NCBI GenBank assembly: GCA_017407125.1 | Contig: JAFQXE010000025.1 | Location: forward strand, 92,591-156,590 | Source of the DNA: Thermoguttaceae bacterium | GTDB lineage: Bacteria > Planctomycetota > Planctomycetia > Pirellulales > Thermoguttaceae | Direction of reading: 5' to 3' | DNA: 64,000 nt | In this document: piece after piece, positions 26,048 through 35,180 of the stretch | How positions within the stretch are numbered: the first letter of the stretch is position 1 | Layout: each line of letters begins with the position of its first letter | Program-made: the position numbers and the translations under genes | The notes under the pieces: model-generated | Seen by the model: only the letters and a program-made list of their open reading frames with translations | The model's database searches: none | What the model was told of the DNA's origin: nothing

Positions 26048-29000
26048 CTATTTCCACGGCCACAAGTCGGTTACTCGCTGCAAGAACGTTTTCTTTTCCG
26101 GTTCTTTTTTGGGTTCTGGAGCTGGCGATTCTGGCGTCGGCGCGGACTGGCTGGGCGTCGGCACGGCGACGTTCGGATTCTTCCCAAATCCAAACAGGGG
26201 TTTCTTTTGGTTCGTTCCGCTGACCTGGGTGGGTTGAGCGGAGGACGGAGTTTGAGTAACAGGCTGATTCGGCGCGTCGCTGAAAGGTTTTACAGACTGC
26301 CCAATTGCCCCGCTGTACGGAGCGACGGCGGCTAACGGCGCGCTGGGCGCGGTTCTCAGTTCGACGCAGTCCAGGAGGAATTGCGACCAGTAACCTTGTT
26401 GATAGCGCCAGCAGTATTCCAGGTCTCCCTGGGAGAATTTGGCTTTAAGCGGGAGCAGGGTTTTGGATAGTTCCCGCTGTTCGTACTCTGAAAAATACAG
26501 GTCGGAAATGTTAATGTTGTCAATCCACGCTTCGCCCCGTTGAGGAAGTTCAAATCCGATGCACAGATTATCCATGTTTTCCAACGGCAAATCGTTGATG
26601 TGGAAGAAATGCTGACGCCATTCGCCTTGCTGACTGACAACCAAGTCTTCGGGTTCTCGATAAAGGAGCATTTCCCGATAGACGTTTTTGTTACCGCATT
26701 TGGCGCGAACAAAGCATCGCAGAGGCACGTTGGGGTCTTTTTTAATCCACATGCTGATGGTGAATCGACCTGTGGCGTCGGCAACGATTTCTTTGCTGTA
26801 AACCGCAGTCGGCCAGCCGTCGCAGACGAGGTGTAAAGAACTCCGTCCGTTGATTGCACAGCGGTTGTCTATCGAAGCGCCTGACGCCGAATCTTCAGGC
26901 TGATTCGGATTCTTCCAAACGAACCATTTGGGAATAGGCTGTGAGTCGTCGGCGGGCTGTTCGAAGTCCGGGTTGTCGAGGCTTCTCATCGTCCTTGCCG
27001 TTTTGAGGGATTCCGCCCGATTGACCAGATCGACGAGGCTGGTTTTCATCTGGTCAATTGTCTGCGGGCTCCACGAGACAGTTGGATGGCTTAACTGCAC
27101 CGATGCGTTGAATCGAACGACCTGAATTTCAAACGGCGCGAAATAGCTGCGCCAAACCAGCTGATTGTTTTCATAAACCAGTTCCGGAACGTTGTCGATA
27201 AAGGCAGAGCCCTTGTTGTTGAGTTCGGAAAAGCGATATAAAACGTTGTCCAGCGATGGCGGAGCGGCGCCGTTTATCGAGGCCGGGTTGAGTTTGATTT
27301 TTCCTGCAATACGAAACGGCGTTGTGTTCACAGCGTAAGCCCACGTTGACTGCCCGTCGGAAATCCAGCGGCAGACGATCGCTTTGCTTTGATTCTGGGT
27401 GGCGGGTATTACCCGCCCCAAATTGCTTTCATCATTATTTGTCGCGGACAATGTCCGCTCCCCGGAAACTGCCTCGTTGTACTGACGGTTCGCCAGGCAT
27501 CGAAACGCCGCCATCGTATTGACGACAGCCTCTTCTTCCCCGAGAGCTAACGTCCAGCCGCCGTCGAAAAATTCCTGCGTGTCCCACAGGGCAAGACTCT
27601 GGATAAATCGTTTGCGGTTTTCAATTCCCGCCGGAGTGGGAATGCTGTTGAGAAGAGCGTATGTGGGTTTATACGGAGATTTCTTTTCGAAATCCGTCAG
27701 TCGAATTCGATGGCTGGGATGATAAAACAGGCTGGCTTGAATTCGCTGTCCGTTATGAGAGCTGAAAAAGGCGTCCACGTCCGGCATGACGTTCCATTGG
27801 CGTTCCGCCGCGGATTGCCGAAGCGTTTGTCCATTGATAACGCGCTGCGTGTACGTCAGTACAATATTCTGTTTTGAGCCAAAACCGAAGTCTGCGCTCA
27901 GACCGCATTGGAGCATTGCGTATTGAACGCCTGTCGTTTGAGGAATTTTTGGCAGCAAAGCGTTTCTGTGACAGCGAGTAAACAGTTTCGCGCCGGAAAG
28001 GTACAGCTTTCGATTGGTTCCATCGGCTTGAAGTCGATCTCGAAGCTTGCAGTAAAATTCAGACAGTTTGTCGCTTCTCCACTTTAACCAATGCGCCTGC
28101 GCCGGACCGTTGAGAAAACGCGCTCGAGCCTGGAATCGCTCTGCGCCTTCGCCAGGAACGTTAACGCCGGTGTCTGCGGTAAAGCGCCGGATCGTTTCGT
28201 CGTCCATTCCCCACTGCGGCGGCGGAAGAACCAGCCAGGAATTGTCCGTTAATTGCAGTCCCAGTCCGGTAAAAGACGGATGCTCTTTGTAACGGGACGT
28301 CAAATGCGAAACCGTATCCAGAACGAATTGCTGCACTTCCGGATGTAAAATATTGTAGTACATCGCCGCGCCGTTTTCTGGCGGGTAAGCTAACAAAATC
28401 GTTTTGCCGTCCGGACCGATCCATTGCAGACCGGACGTCTGCGGGTCGCGAGATCTAACCTTGGATTCCAAAGCAGGAACCGGCTGAGCTATTTCCATGG
28501 CGGGAATGAACCGCATTTGCTGTCGGTCGAATATTCTCATCAGAACTTCCAGCGCGTCTTTTCGAACCGGATCGGAACAGCTTTGAGAGAACGCGCCGGT
28601 GTCGTATCGCGGCGTTGGCGCCAATTCCGGGCAAGGCCAGATGGCGCTGCCGTCGCTGTTGACGGAAATCATGGCGCCGTTGTATCCGACGAAATTGAGG
28701 TATTCCACCATGCGAGTTGAACCCTCGTAGAACGTTTCCCAGTTGTCCAAAGCCATGGTCGCGTTTTCTGACGCCGTCTTTTTTGCCGAGAACATGGCGG
28801 GAAACTGCGGTCTGTCCATGTACGCCGCCAGCAGTCGCGGAGACGTTCCGGAATACGTTTTGGGAAGTTTTCCAATAACTGACATGACTCGAATCTTGCC
28901 GTATCGGGAAACGACGTCCTCTCGAAGGTTGTAAATTACCACAACAGGCGACTTCGTTCGAGGCCAAAACACGATTTTATGAGTTTTCCAGGTTGGCTTG

Positions 29001-30556
29001 TCGAGCGATCGCTGTGAGTCAAGTGTAACATTGAAACCGGAATCGACGGCGCCGGGCGTAATCGCGCCTGCAACGTTGGGTTCAATGACGCTGATTCCCG
29101 TTGTCTGTTCAGAGTTTGACGGATATTCAATTTCCAGAATATGCGGAATTCCCGTTCTTTCCACCGGGAACGTATACGCTTCCCAGCACGGGTTTTCTCC
29201 AGGACGGTTTGCCGCCAGTTCTGTAATCGGCCCCAGTTCGCATTGAGAAACGCGGGAGTTTCCGTTGCCCAGCGGATATTCCCACTGCTTTCCTCGCAGC
29301 CCCAGAGGGAATTGGGACAAGCGTTCCAGCGGCTCCCACCATCGCGGATTTGCCGGGTCGATTTCCGCCGTCAGACGCGTTTCCATCGGTTCGGATTGTT
29401 CTGACGGCGCGCGCGCTGAGTCGATTACTACCAGCTGAACCTTGCGCGACGCCAGTTCTTTTGCGACCGGCAAATGAGCGTTTTCCAGCTGTTTGTTGAC
29501 GGCGTCTGTTACGCGGGGCAGAATAGGGGCGACTTTTCTGCAGCTGGCTGTTATGATGACGTCGTAAACGCCTTCTTCCTGCGGCAGTGGAATGTTGAGA
29601 AGGATGTCGCCGCCGGTCTGCGGAATCCAGGAATATTCTTTTTCATAGACAACGAATCCTTCTCGAGTATGCTGTAATTTTACTTTGATGGCAGCTGGAT
29701 TATAGCTCGTCAGACCTTCAGCGACAAGCTCGTACGGCGTCAGCCGAGCGGTAAAGTTTTCTCCCGGCGAGTAAACGAGATTGCTGCGGTTTATGTTCAG
29801 ACGAAGGAAGTCGCCTGACGTTCGGCGAAGAGTCGCTTTGGCGTCTGAGACGTTGAACTGAAACGCCTGATAGAACAGATCTTCCCAGTTGATGTCGAAC
29901 GTTTGCGGCTCCTGATTGTCAGCCGCCAGAGTAATTCGGACTTTGCAGCCTTTCTGTCCGGTGGCGCAGACGTTGTATCCGTCGTATTCGCGGCTGGATG
30001 GATGATGGATAAATAAAACGCCCTGTCGAACGGAATACGCTGCCGCCTGATCCGCTTCCAGACCGAGCGAAGTCGCTTCCAGAATTGCTCCCGGCGCTGA
30101 TGGATTGGTCGGATTGACAACCTCAATCTGTCCCCTCCATGTGTGACGTCCTCCCGTCCAGGCAAAACGAAATGTACAGGTCTGCAAGCCTGTTGGAACG
30201 CTTGCCCCTACTGAAAGCGCGCTCGGCTGGGGATAGGATTCTGACGGCGCCGCCTCAGAAGAAGCTCCGTTTCCCTGAGATTGAGCAAGCAAATTCGCCG
30301 GCAGATGAGCTGGTGGGATATCGGATGAACTGGTCAGCTGACTGTTACTGTTTGGATAGGGAACGCTGTTGGATGGCGCGTTGCCGGTTTGAGCGTTATA
30401 CGGAGTTCCCGAGAGATTTTGCGCCTCAGCGACAGAGAGCGTTTGACTTCCAAACATATACAACGCGACCGCGGCGATTGCAATAATCGCCGCGACTGTT
30501 TTCTCGCGTATTAATACGCGCGCGCGTGAAATGTTGAAGTCAAAGCTGCTGTGCAT
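26048..30556 (-). CDS. very large (1502 aa) membrane-anchored or secreted hypothetical protein
   Basis: Uninterrupted ORF with an N-terminal TM/signal segment AAIIAIAAVALYMF, low-complexity Ser/Pro/Gln linkers at both ends, and a Pro-rich basic C-terminus. Confidence 0.8.
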   Translation of the reverse strand: MHSSFDFNISRARVLIREKTVAAIIAIAAVALYMFGSQTLSVAEAQNLSGTPYNAQTGNAPSNSVPYPNSNSQLTSSSDIPPAHLPANLLAQSQGNGASSEAAPSESYPQPSALSVGASVPTGLQTCTFRFAWTGGRHTWRGQIEVVNPTNPSAPGAILEATSLGLEADQAAAYSVRQGVLFIHHPSSREYDGYNVCATGQKGCKVRITLAADNQEPQTFDINWEDLFYQAFQFNVSDAKATLRRTSGDFLRLNINRSNLVYSPGENFTARLTPYELVAEGLTSYNPAAIKVKLQHTREGFVVYEKEYSWIPQTGGDILLNIPLPQEEGVYDVIITASCRKVAPILPRVTDAVNKQLENAHLPVAKELASRKVQLVVIDSARAPSEQSEPMETRLTAEIDPANPRWWEPLERLSQFPLGLRGKQWEYPLGNGNSRVSQCELGPITELAANRPGENPCWEAYTFPVERTGIPHILEIEYPSNSEQTTGISVIEPNVAGAITPGAVDSGFNVTLDSQRSLDKPTWKTHKIVFWPRTKSPVVVIYNLREDVVSRYGKIRVMSVIGKLPKTYSGTSPRLLAAYMDRPQFPAMFSAKKTASENATMALDNWETFYEGSTRMVEYLNFVGYNGAMISVNSDGSAIWPCPELAPTPRYDTGAFSQSCSDPVRKDALEVLMRIFDRQQMRFIPAMEIAQPVPALESKVRSRDPQTSGLQWIGPDGKTILLAYPPENGAAMYYNILHPEVQQFVLDTVSHLTSRYKEHPSFTGLGLQLTDNSWLVLPPPQWGMDDETIRRFTADTGVNVPGEGAERFQARARFLNGPAQAHWLKWRSDKLSEFYCKLRDRLQADGTNRKLYLSGAKLFTRCHRNALLPKIPQTTGVQYAMLQCGLSADFGFGSKQNIVLTYTQRVINGQTLRQSAAERQWNVMPDVDAFFSSHNGQRIQASLFYHPSHRIRLTDFEKKSPYKPTYALLNSIPTPAGIENRKRFIQSLALWDTQEFFDGGWTLALGEEEAVVNTMAAFRCLANRQYNEAVSGERTLSATNNDESNLGRVIPATQNQSKAIVCRWISDGQSTWAYAVNTTPFRIAGKIKLNPASINGAAPPSLDNVLYRFSELNNKGSAFIDNVPELVYENNQLVWRSYFAPFEIQVVRFNASVQLSHPTVSWSPQTIDQMKTSLVDLVNRAESLKTARTMRSLDNPDFEQPADDSQPIPKWFVWKNPNQPEDSASGASIDNRCAINGRSSLHLVCDGWPTAVYSKEIVADATGRFTISMWIKKDPNVPLRCFVRAKCGNKNVYREMLLYREPEDLVVSQQGEWRQHFFHINDLPLENMDNLCIGFELPQRGEAWIDNINISDLYFSEYEQRELSKTLLPLKAKFSQGDLEYCWRYQQGYWSQFLLDCVELRTAPSAPLAAVAPYSGAIGQSVKPFSDAPNQPVTQTPSSAQPTQVSGTNQKKPLFGFGKNPNVAVPTPSQSAPTPESPAPEPKKEPEKKTFLQRVTDLWPWK
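27401..27464 (+). repeat. bipartite palindromic element, copy A (inside the 1502-aa CDS)
   Basis: ggcgggtattacccgcc - 28 nt - gcggacaatgtccgc tcccc. Read in frame on the minus strand as GERTLSATNNDESNLGRVIPA. Confidence 0.75.
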
Positions 30557-30622
30557 GTCCTCTTTCCTGAACCGGGCGACAATGCGGCGCCGCCCTTAGA
30601 TTCTATTCCCAGTCTCCTAAAA

Positions 30623-31294
30623 TCAGATGTCAACGTCGTAACGATCGTGAGGATAAAATTCCCAGCCAATGTGTTCTGCGAGTTTGGAAATGTACTCGCG
30701 GCGGAATTGCGCCCCGTTGACCGCGTCTGAACTGACGGTTCTGTTGGGCGGATAGACGTATTGCGGAATAACCTGGTTGTCGTAGACGACTTCTCCCTTT
30801 TTGCCGTCAATGAGCGTTACAGCATAGGTGGCTTTGCCCTGGTAGACGCCTATGCCTTCCTGGTATTCAAAAGACATCAGGTAGACGCCGATAAGATAGT
30901 CCGCCTCAAGGTCTTTGGCAATTGCAATGAGGTCTTCTTCCCCGGTAATGTTGTCTGGATAGTTATCCAATCGGTTAAGAACTTCCTGCTGGGGAACCAT
31001 GGTAAGCTTGTCTTTTTTCTTGCCGCCGAGTTTCAGCGCGATTTTTTTACTCAGTTCGGAACCGACCATGTTCGCGTTGTCGCTGTCGGTATACGTCAAC
31101 GACGGATCCGTCCAGCATAGAACCGCCACTCTGCCAGTCAATTTTTCTTTGCATGGCGGTTTTTCATCTGTTCCACGAATGAGGATAATTGCTGATGATA
31201 CAAGCTGGCACCCGCCTTGAATCAACACAAAGCAGGCAAATGCCAAAATCAATGGATTTAACCATTTTCGAGGAAAATTTTTGTGTTCTACCAT
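30623..31294 (-). CDS. putative lipoprotein
   Basis: N-terminus ..LILAFACFVLIQGGC has a lipobox-like GGC. 223 aa, immediately downstream of the giant gene. Confidence 0.7.
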   Translation of the reverse strand: MVEHKNFPRKWLNPLILAFACFVLIQGGCQLVSSAIILIRGTDEKPPCKEKLTGRVAVLCWTDPSLTYTDSDNANMVGSELSKKIALKLGGKKKDKLTMVPQQEVLNRLDNYPDNITGEEDLIAIAKDLEADYLIGVYLMSFEYQEGIGVYQGKATYAVTLIDGKKGEVVYDNQVIPQYVYPPNRTVSSDAVNGAQFRREYISKLAEHIGWEFYPHDRYDVDI

Positions 31295-31477
31295 TGCTTT
31301 TTATCTCGATATATGTAATAATAGAAGCGTTTAACGCCCAATGGTTAGTTTTGATTTATCGCCATCGGCGGTGAATAGTCGTGAGAATTGAAAGCTTCTC
31401 ACCTTTTAACATATAATTAACCATGTTGATACTTTAACGATTTTTCCCCAATTAGACAAGAGCAATTTTCAATTATT

Positions 31478-32074
31478 ATGAAAGTAATCGGAATCGTCGG
31501 CGGTATCGCGTCCGGAAAGTCATTTTATACAGATATTTTTGAGTCTGAAGGCGCGGTTACGTTTAAGGCGGACGAAGTCGCTCACGACGTCCTCAACGAG
31601 CGGACAATCAAAGAGAAAATCCGTCAGCGTTGGGGAGAGGAGATTATTAACGACAACGGAACAGTCAATCGACCGAAGTTGGCGCAAATCGTCTTTCAGG
31701 GAACGGAAGACTCCGACATGGAGCGTCTGTATTTGGAATCGTTGATTTTCCCACCGCTGAAAAAGCGTTTTGAACGTTTTCTGGACGAATGCGAGTCCAA
31801 CGACGTGTACTATATTATTCTTGATGCTGCGTTGCTTCTTGAAGCAAGCTGGGACAAGATGTGCGACGCGATTGTCTTTATTGACACGCCGGAAGAGGTT
31901 CGTCTGGAACGGGCGAAAACGACTCGCGGCTGGACGGAAGCCGAGTTCCGTGCGCGCGAAGCGTCGCAGTTTTCGATCAAAAAGAAAAAGAAACGCTGTC
32001 AGTTCACTCTCGACGGGTTAGCTAAAAAAGAGGACGCCGTCCAGGCGGTTGAAGAGCTGTTAAAGCGTATTTAA
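31478..32074 (+). CDS. coaE: dephospho-CoA kinase
   Basis: MKVIGIVGGIASGKS P-loop at the extreme N-terminus; family-typical length of 198 aa. Confidence 0.9.
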   Translation: MKVIGIVGGIASGKSFYTDIFESEGAVTFKADEVAHDVLNERTIKEKIRQRWGEEIINDNGTVNRPKLAQIVFQGTEDSDMERLYLESLIFPPLKKRFERFLDECESNDVYYIILDAALLLEASWDKMCDAIVFIDTPEEVRLERAKTTRGWTEAEFRAREASQFSIKKKKKRCQFTLDGLAKKEDAVQAVEELLKRI

Positions 32075-32104
32075 TGTCAATAAATCAAACTGTTTATAAC
32101 GATT

Positions 32105-33145
32105 ATGAAATTCCATAAAGCAATTTTGTCGTTATTATTTTTAATGCTTTTTCCTCTCTGCGTTTACGCAGACGTCGTTCAGGTTGAAATTATCCAGCTT
32201 GAGGGCGCGTCGATGGAGCATCCGCATACCTGGGGCAGAGAACTGATTAGAACAGACGCGCCCGCCGTTCAGTTTCGCAATCAGCGGCCTGGCGACGCGG
32301 TTTCAATAACGGAATCGGGAACGGAAGCCTCGCCCATCTGGAAGATTATTGGGACAATGGACGCCTACGGGACGATTCTCATGCCGGACGGCGCTCAGTT
32401 TCGCTGCGGAGACGCTGCCGGGTTGGCAACGTGGATTCGGGAATTGCCCGGCAAGATGAAAGCGAAAAAACAGGCGGAAAACGCGCCGGTTCAGGGCGAC
32501 TTTGGGCTGCCGATTCCGCTCCAGCAGCAAATGTTGAACGATTTCAAACAGAATCTGCAAGAGGAAACCGCCGGTTTGACCCCGGTCGAAATCCTCCAGA
32601 AATGCGCTCGCGGTCTGTCCGCTCCGTTTAACATCTCCCCCGCTCAGGTTAAAGCCCTGAAGGAACTGGAACCCATAGACGAAGAGCTTTCTTCGCTTTC
32701 CAAGGGAACGATTATGGCGTACGTTCTGCGTCCGGCGGGGTTGGCTTTGGTTCCCCGCGAGTCGAACGGTCGGTTGTACTATTCTGTCGAAATTGGTCAG
32801 AAAAACGTCAAACCGTGGCCAATCGGAACGAAAGTCGACAAGCTGGAAGTGGACGTTCTGCCGGACATAATCAAAAAGATTCCCGCCAACATGAGGGCGG
32901 TTCCGCTTCGCGACGCAGTCGACTCCATTTCCGAGCGCATTGACGTTCCTATGCTCTATGACCTTAACGCCATGGCGCGGTACGGAATTGACCTCGATCT
33001 GGCAAAGGTTACGGTCTCCTCGGAAAAGATTACCTATTTATCGCTGCTTAACAAGATTTTGAGAACGCATAAACTCAAGGCAGAACTCCGCATGGACGAG
33101 AACGGCGAGCCGTTTTTCTGGATTACGACGACCAGACCATTGTAA
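32105..33145 (+). CDS. hypothetical secreted protein
   Basis: 346-aa ORF with signal peptide MKFHKAILSLLFLMLFPLCVYADV. Confidence 0.7.
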   Translation: MKFHKAILSLLFLMLFPLCVYADVVQVEIIQLEGASMEHPHTWGRELIRTDAPAVQFRNQRPGDAVSITESGTEASPIWKIIGTMDAYGTILMPDGAQFRCGDAAGLATWIRELPGKMKAKKQAENAPVQGDFGLPIPLQQQMLNDFKQNLQEETAGLTPVEILQKCARGLSAPFNISPAQVKALKELEPIDEELSSLSKGTIMAYVLRPAGLALVPRESNGRLYYSVEIGQKNVKPWPIGTKVDKLEVDVLPDIIKKIPANMRAVPLRDAVDSISERIDVPMLYDLNAMARYGIDLDLAKVTVSSEKITYLSLLNKILRTHKLKAELRMDENGEPFFWITTTRPL

Positions 33146-33185
33146 TTTAGGGAATAGGGAGTAGTAATTGGCGCAAAGCGCGAAA

Positions 33186-33304
33186 AAGCTATTAGCTATT
33201 AGCCGCTAGCTGTTAGCTTGTGAAAATTGTAGTTCTTGGCGTTAATCCTTCTAGTCTGAAGCAAAATCAATAAGCTAAAGGCTAGAAGCTAAAAGCTAGC
33301 AGCT
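33186..33304. repeat. inverted arrays of TTAGCT-type heptamer words
   Basis: The left array at 33186-33218 (agct att agct att agcc gct agct gtt agctt) faces the right array at 33271-33304 (aagctaa aggctag aagctaa aagctag caagct). Confidence 0.5.
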
Positions 33305-33355
33305 CCCCTACTGCCTCCTCCAGATTTTTTTGTAAAAAAGGGGGATTATTTCCGT

Positions 33356-33391
33356 CCCCCCTCTTGCAAGAATGCTGGAATGTGGTATATT
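33356..33391 (+). promoter_or_regulatory. promoter-like motif CCCCCCTC-TTGCAA-N16-TATATT upstream of tRNA-Asn
   Basis: TTGCAA at 33364-33369, 16-nt spacer, TATATT at 33386-33391, about 40 nt before the tRNA 5' end. Same 14-mer and geometry as 6031-6066. Confidence 0.5.
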
Positions 33392-33430
33392 GTTTATATC
33401 TTTTGCGAAATAACATTTCGGATAAGATAC

Positions 33431-33503
33431 GCCCGAGTAGCTCAGTTGGTAGAGCAAGCGGCTGTTAACCGCTGGGTCCTAGGTCCGAGTCCTAGTTCGG
33501 GCG
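33431..33503 (+). tRNA. tRNA-Asn (GTT)
   Basis: Manual cloverleaf: acceptor gcccgag/ttcgggc, D arm gctc-agttggta-gagc, anticodon arm agcgg-ctGTTaa-ccgct, T arm ctagg-tccgagt-cctag, discriminator G. No encoded CCA; followed by a T-run. Confidence 0.9.
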
Positions 33504-33769
33504 CTTTTTTATTTCTTGTTGAATTATCTTATTTGCTTAAATCGAAAAATTTGTTTTGATTTTTGTTTTTTTCTGCTTTAAATTTTCTCCCGGGGGCTAT
33601 TATTCTTTTTAATTAAGCGCTATAATAAAAAGTTAGTTGTAAGTTGCAAGCAGGTAGCTTTTTGACAAGTCGTTTGTTCGCTTAAGTTAATAATTAAGCA
33701 TCTTATCGCTGGCAACTGCATAAATCAGTTCCCCCAGTCCTTATTTCCCCAACAAGGAGTACAACGTTC

Positions 33770-35083
33770 ATGACCTATTTTCAAGATATAGAGAAAATTC
33801 AGTACGAAGGTCCTGACTCTGACAACAATCTGGCGTTCCGCTATTATAATCCAGACGAACTTGTCGAAGGCAAGGCGATGAAAGATCATCTGCGGTTCAG
33901 CGCCGCCTTCTGGCACTGCATGAGAGCTAACGGCTCAGACCCGTTCGGCGCCCCGACGATGTACATGCCATGGGACGATGGCAGCGACAGCGTTGCTAAC
34001 GCGAAGAATCGCGTTCCGGTCTTCTTTGAAATGCTGGAAAAACTGCAAATGCCGTTCTTCTGCTTCCATGATCGCGACATTGCTCCTGAAGGCGCAACGC
34101 TTAAGGAAACCAACGCCAATCTGGACGAAGTCGTCAAGGTCTTCAAAGACGAAATGGCGCGAACCGGCAAAAAGCTTCTTTGGGGTACGGCGAATCTGTT
34201 TGGCAACCCCCGATTCATGCACGGCGCTGCGACTTCCTGCCATGCGGACTCCTTCGCTTACGCCGCCGCTCAGGTTAAAAAAGCTATTGAAGTTACCATG
34301 GAACTGGGCGGTGAAGGCTACGTATTCTGGGGCGGTCGAGAAGGATACATGTCCTGGCTCAACACCGACATGAAACGTGAGCTGGAGCATTTGGCAATCT
34401 TCATGCACATGGCGGTTGACTACGCCAAGGAAATCGGATTCAAGGGCCAGTTCTACTTTGAACCCAAACCGAAGGAACCGACCAAGCATCAGTACGACTT
34501 CGATTCCGCCGCGTGCATTAACTTCCTCCGCGCCAACGGTTTGGAAAACGACGTCAAGATGAACATCGAAACCAACCACGCGACTTTGGCGGGTCACGCT
34601 GTCGAACACGAACTGGACTACGCCGGTTCTCAGGGCATGCTCGGTTCCGTAGACGCCAACAATGGCGACATGCTTCTCGGCTGGGATACAGACCAGTTCC
34701 CGACGGACGTCTATCTGACAACCAAGATGATGCTCGTTATTCTTAAATACGGCGGATTCACGACCGGTGGTCTGAACTTCGACGCCAAACGCCGTCGCGA
34801 AAGCTTCCAGCCGCAGGATCTGTTCTACGCTCATATCGGCGGCATGGACACGTTCGCCCGCGGTTTGAAGATTGCTGCTGAAATCCGCAAGTCCGGCGAA
34901 CTGGAAAACATGGTCAAGGAACGTTACAGCTCCTGGGATTCCGGAATCGGCGCGGATATCGAAGCCGGCAAAGTCTGTTTCAACTGTCTGGAAAAGTACA
35001 TGCTCGAAAAAGGCGACATTGCCCCGTTGTCCAGCGGTCGACAGGAACTGTATGAAAACGTTTTCAACAAGTATATTAAATAA
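33770..35083 (+). CDS. xylA: xylose isomerase
   Basis: Class II XylA blocks [44 protein letters not shown]. Confidence 0.95.
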   Translation: MTYFQDIEKIQYEGPDSDNNLAFRYYNPDELVEGKAMKDHLRFSAAFWHCMRANGSDPFGAPTMYMPWDDGSDSVANAKNRVPVFFEMLEKLQMPFFCFHDRDIAPEGATLKETNANLDEVVKVFKDEMARTGKKLLWGTANLFGNPRFMHGAATSCHADSFAYAAAQVKKAIEVTMELGGEGYVFWGGREGYMSWLNTDMKRELEHLAIFMHMAVDYAKEIGFKGQFYFEPKPKEPTKHQYDFDSAACINFLRANGLENDVKMNIETNHATLAGHAVEHELDYAGSQGMLGSVDANNGDMLLGWDTDQFPTDVYLTTKMMLVILKYGGFTTGGLNFDAKRRRESFQPQDLFYAHIGGMDTFARGLKIAAEIRKSGELENMVKERYSSWDSGIGADIEAGKVCFNCLEKYMLEKGDIAPLSSGRQELYENVFNKYIK

Positions 35084-35106
35084 TAAATGAGTAGTAAATA
35101 ACGAGC

Positions 35107-35176
35107 AGGAGTTGCGAGAGAAGCGTTTTGGAGCCGCTTCGCGTAACTCCTCACTCCTCATTCCTAACTCCTAACT
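35107..35176 (+). repeat. imperfect hairpin plus an nACTCCT heptamer array between xylA and mqnA
   Basis: aggagttgcgagagaagcg (35107-35125) faces cgcttcgcgtaactcct (35135-35151), followed by aactcct cactcct cattcct aactcct at 35145-35172. Confidence 0.5.
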
Positions 35177-35180
35177 ATTT

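Noticed and set aside
26042-26335. Small + strand ORFs inside the giant gene and similar 60-120-aa ORFs throughout the track.
   Set aside because: They are embedded in longer, better-supported genes on the opposite strand or another frame, with no RBS or motif support.
33431-35083. tRNA-Asn as an integration hotspot with a downstream island.
   Set aside because: The downstream genes are xylA and mqnA with host-like composition. There is no integrase and no tRNA 3'-end direct repeat visible.
33935-35161. Long antisense ORFs opposite well-supported genes: 408 aa opposite xylA, 353 aa at 4452-5513 opposite DegT, 311 aa at 25004-25939 opposite epmA, 387 aa at 58154-59317 opposite clpX, 282 aa at 10673-11521, and 218 aa at 6500-7156.
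   Set aside because: Each lies fully within a strongly motif-supported gene on the other strand. They have Arg/Val/Gly-rich shadow-frame composition and no motifs, which makes them typical GC-driven shadow ORFs.
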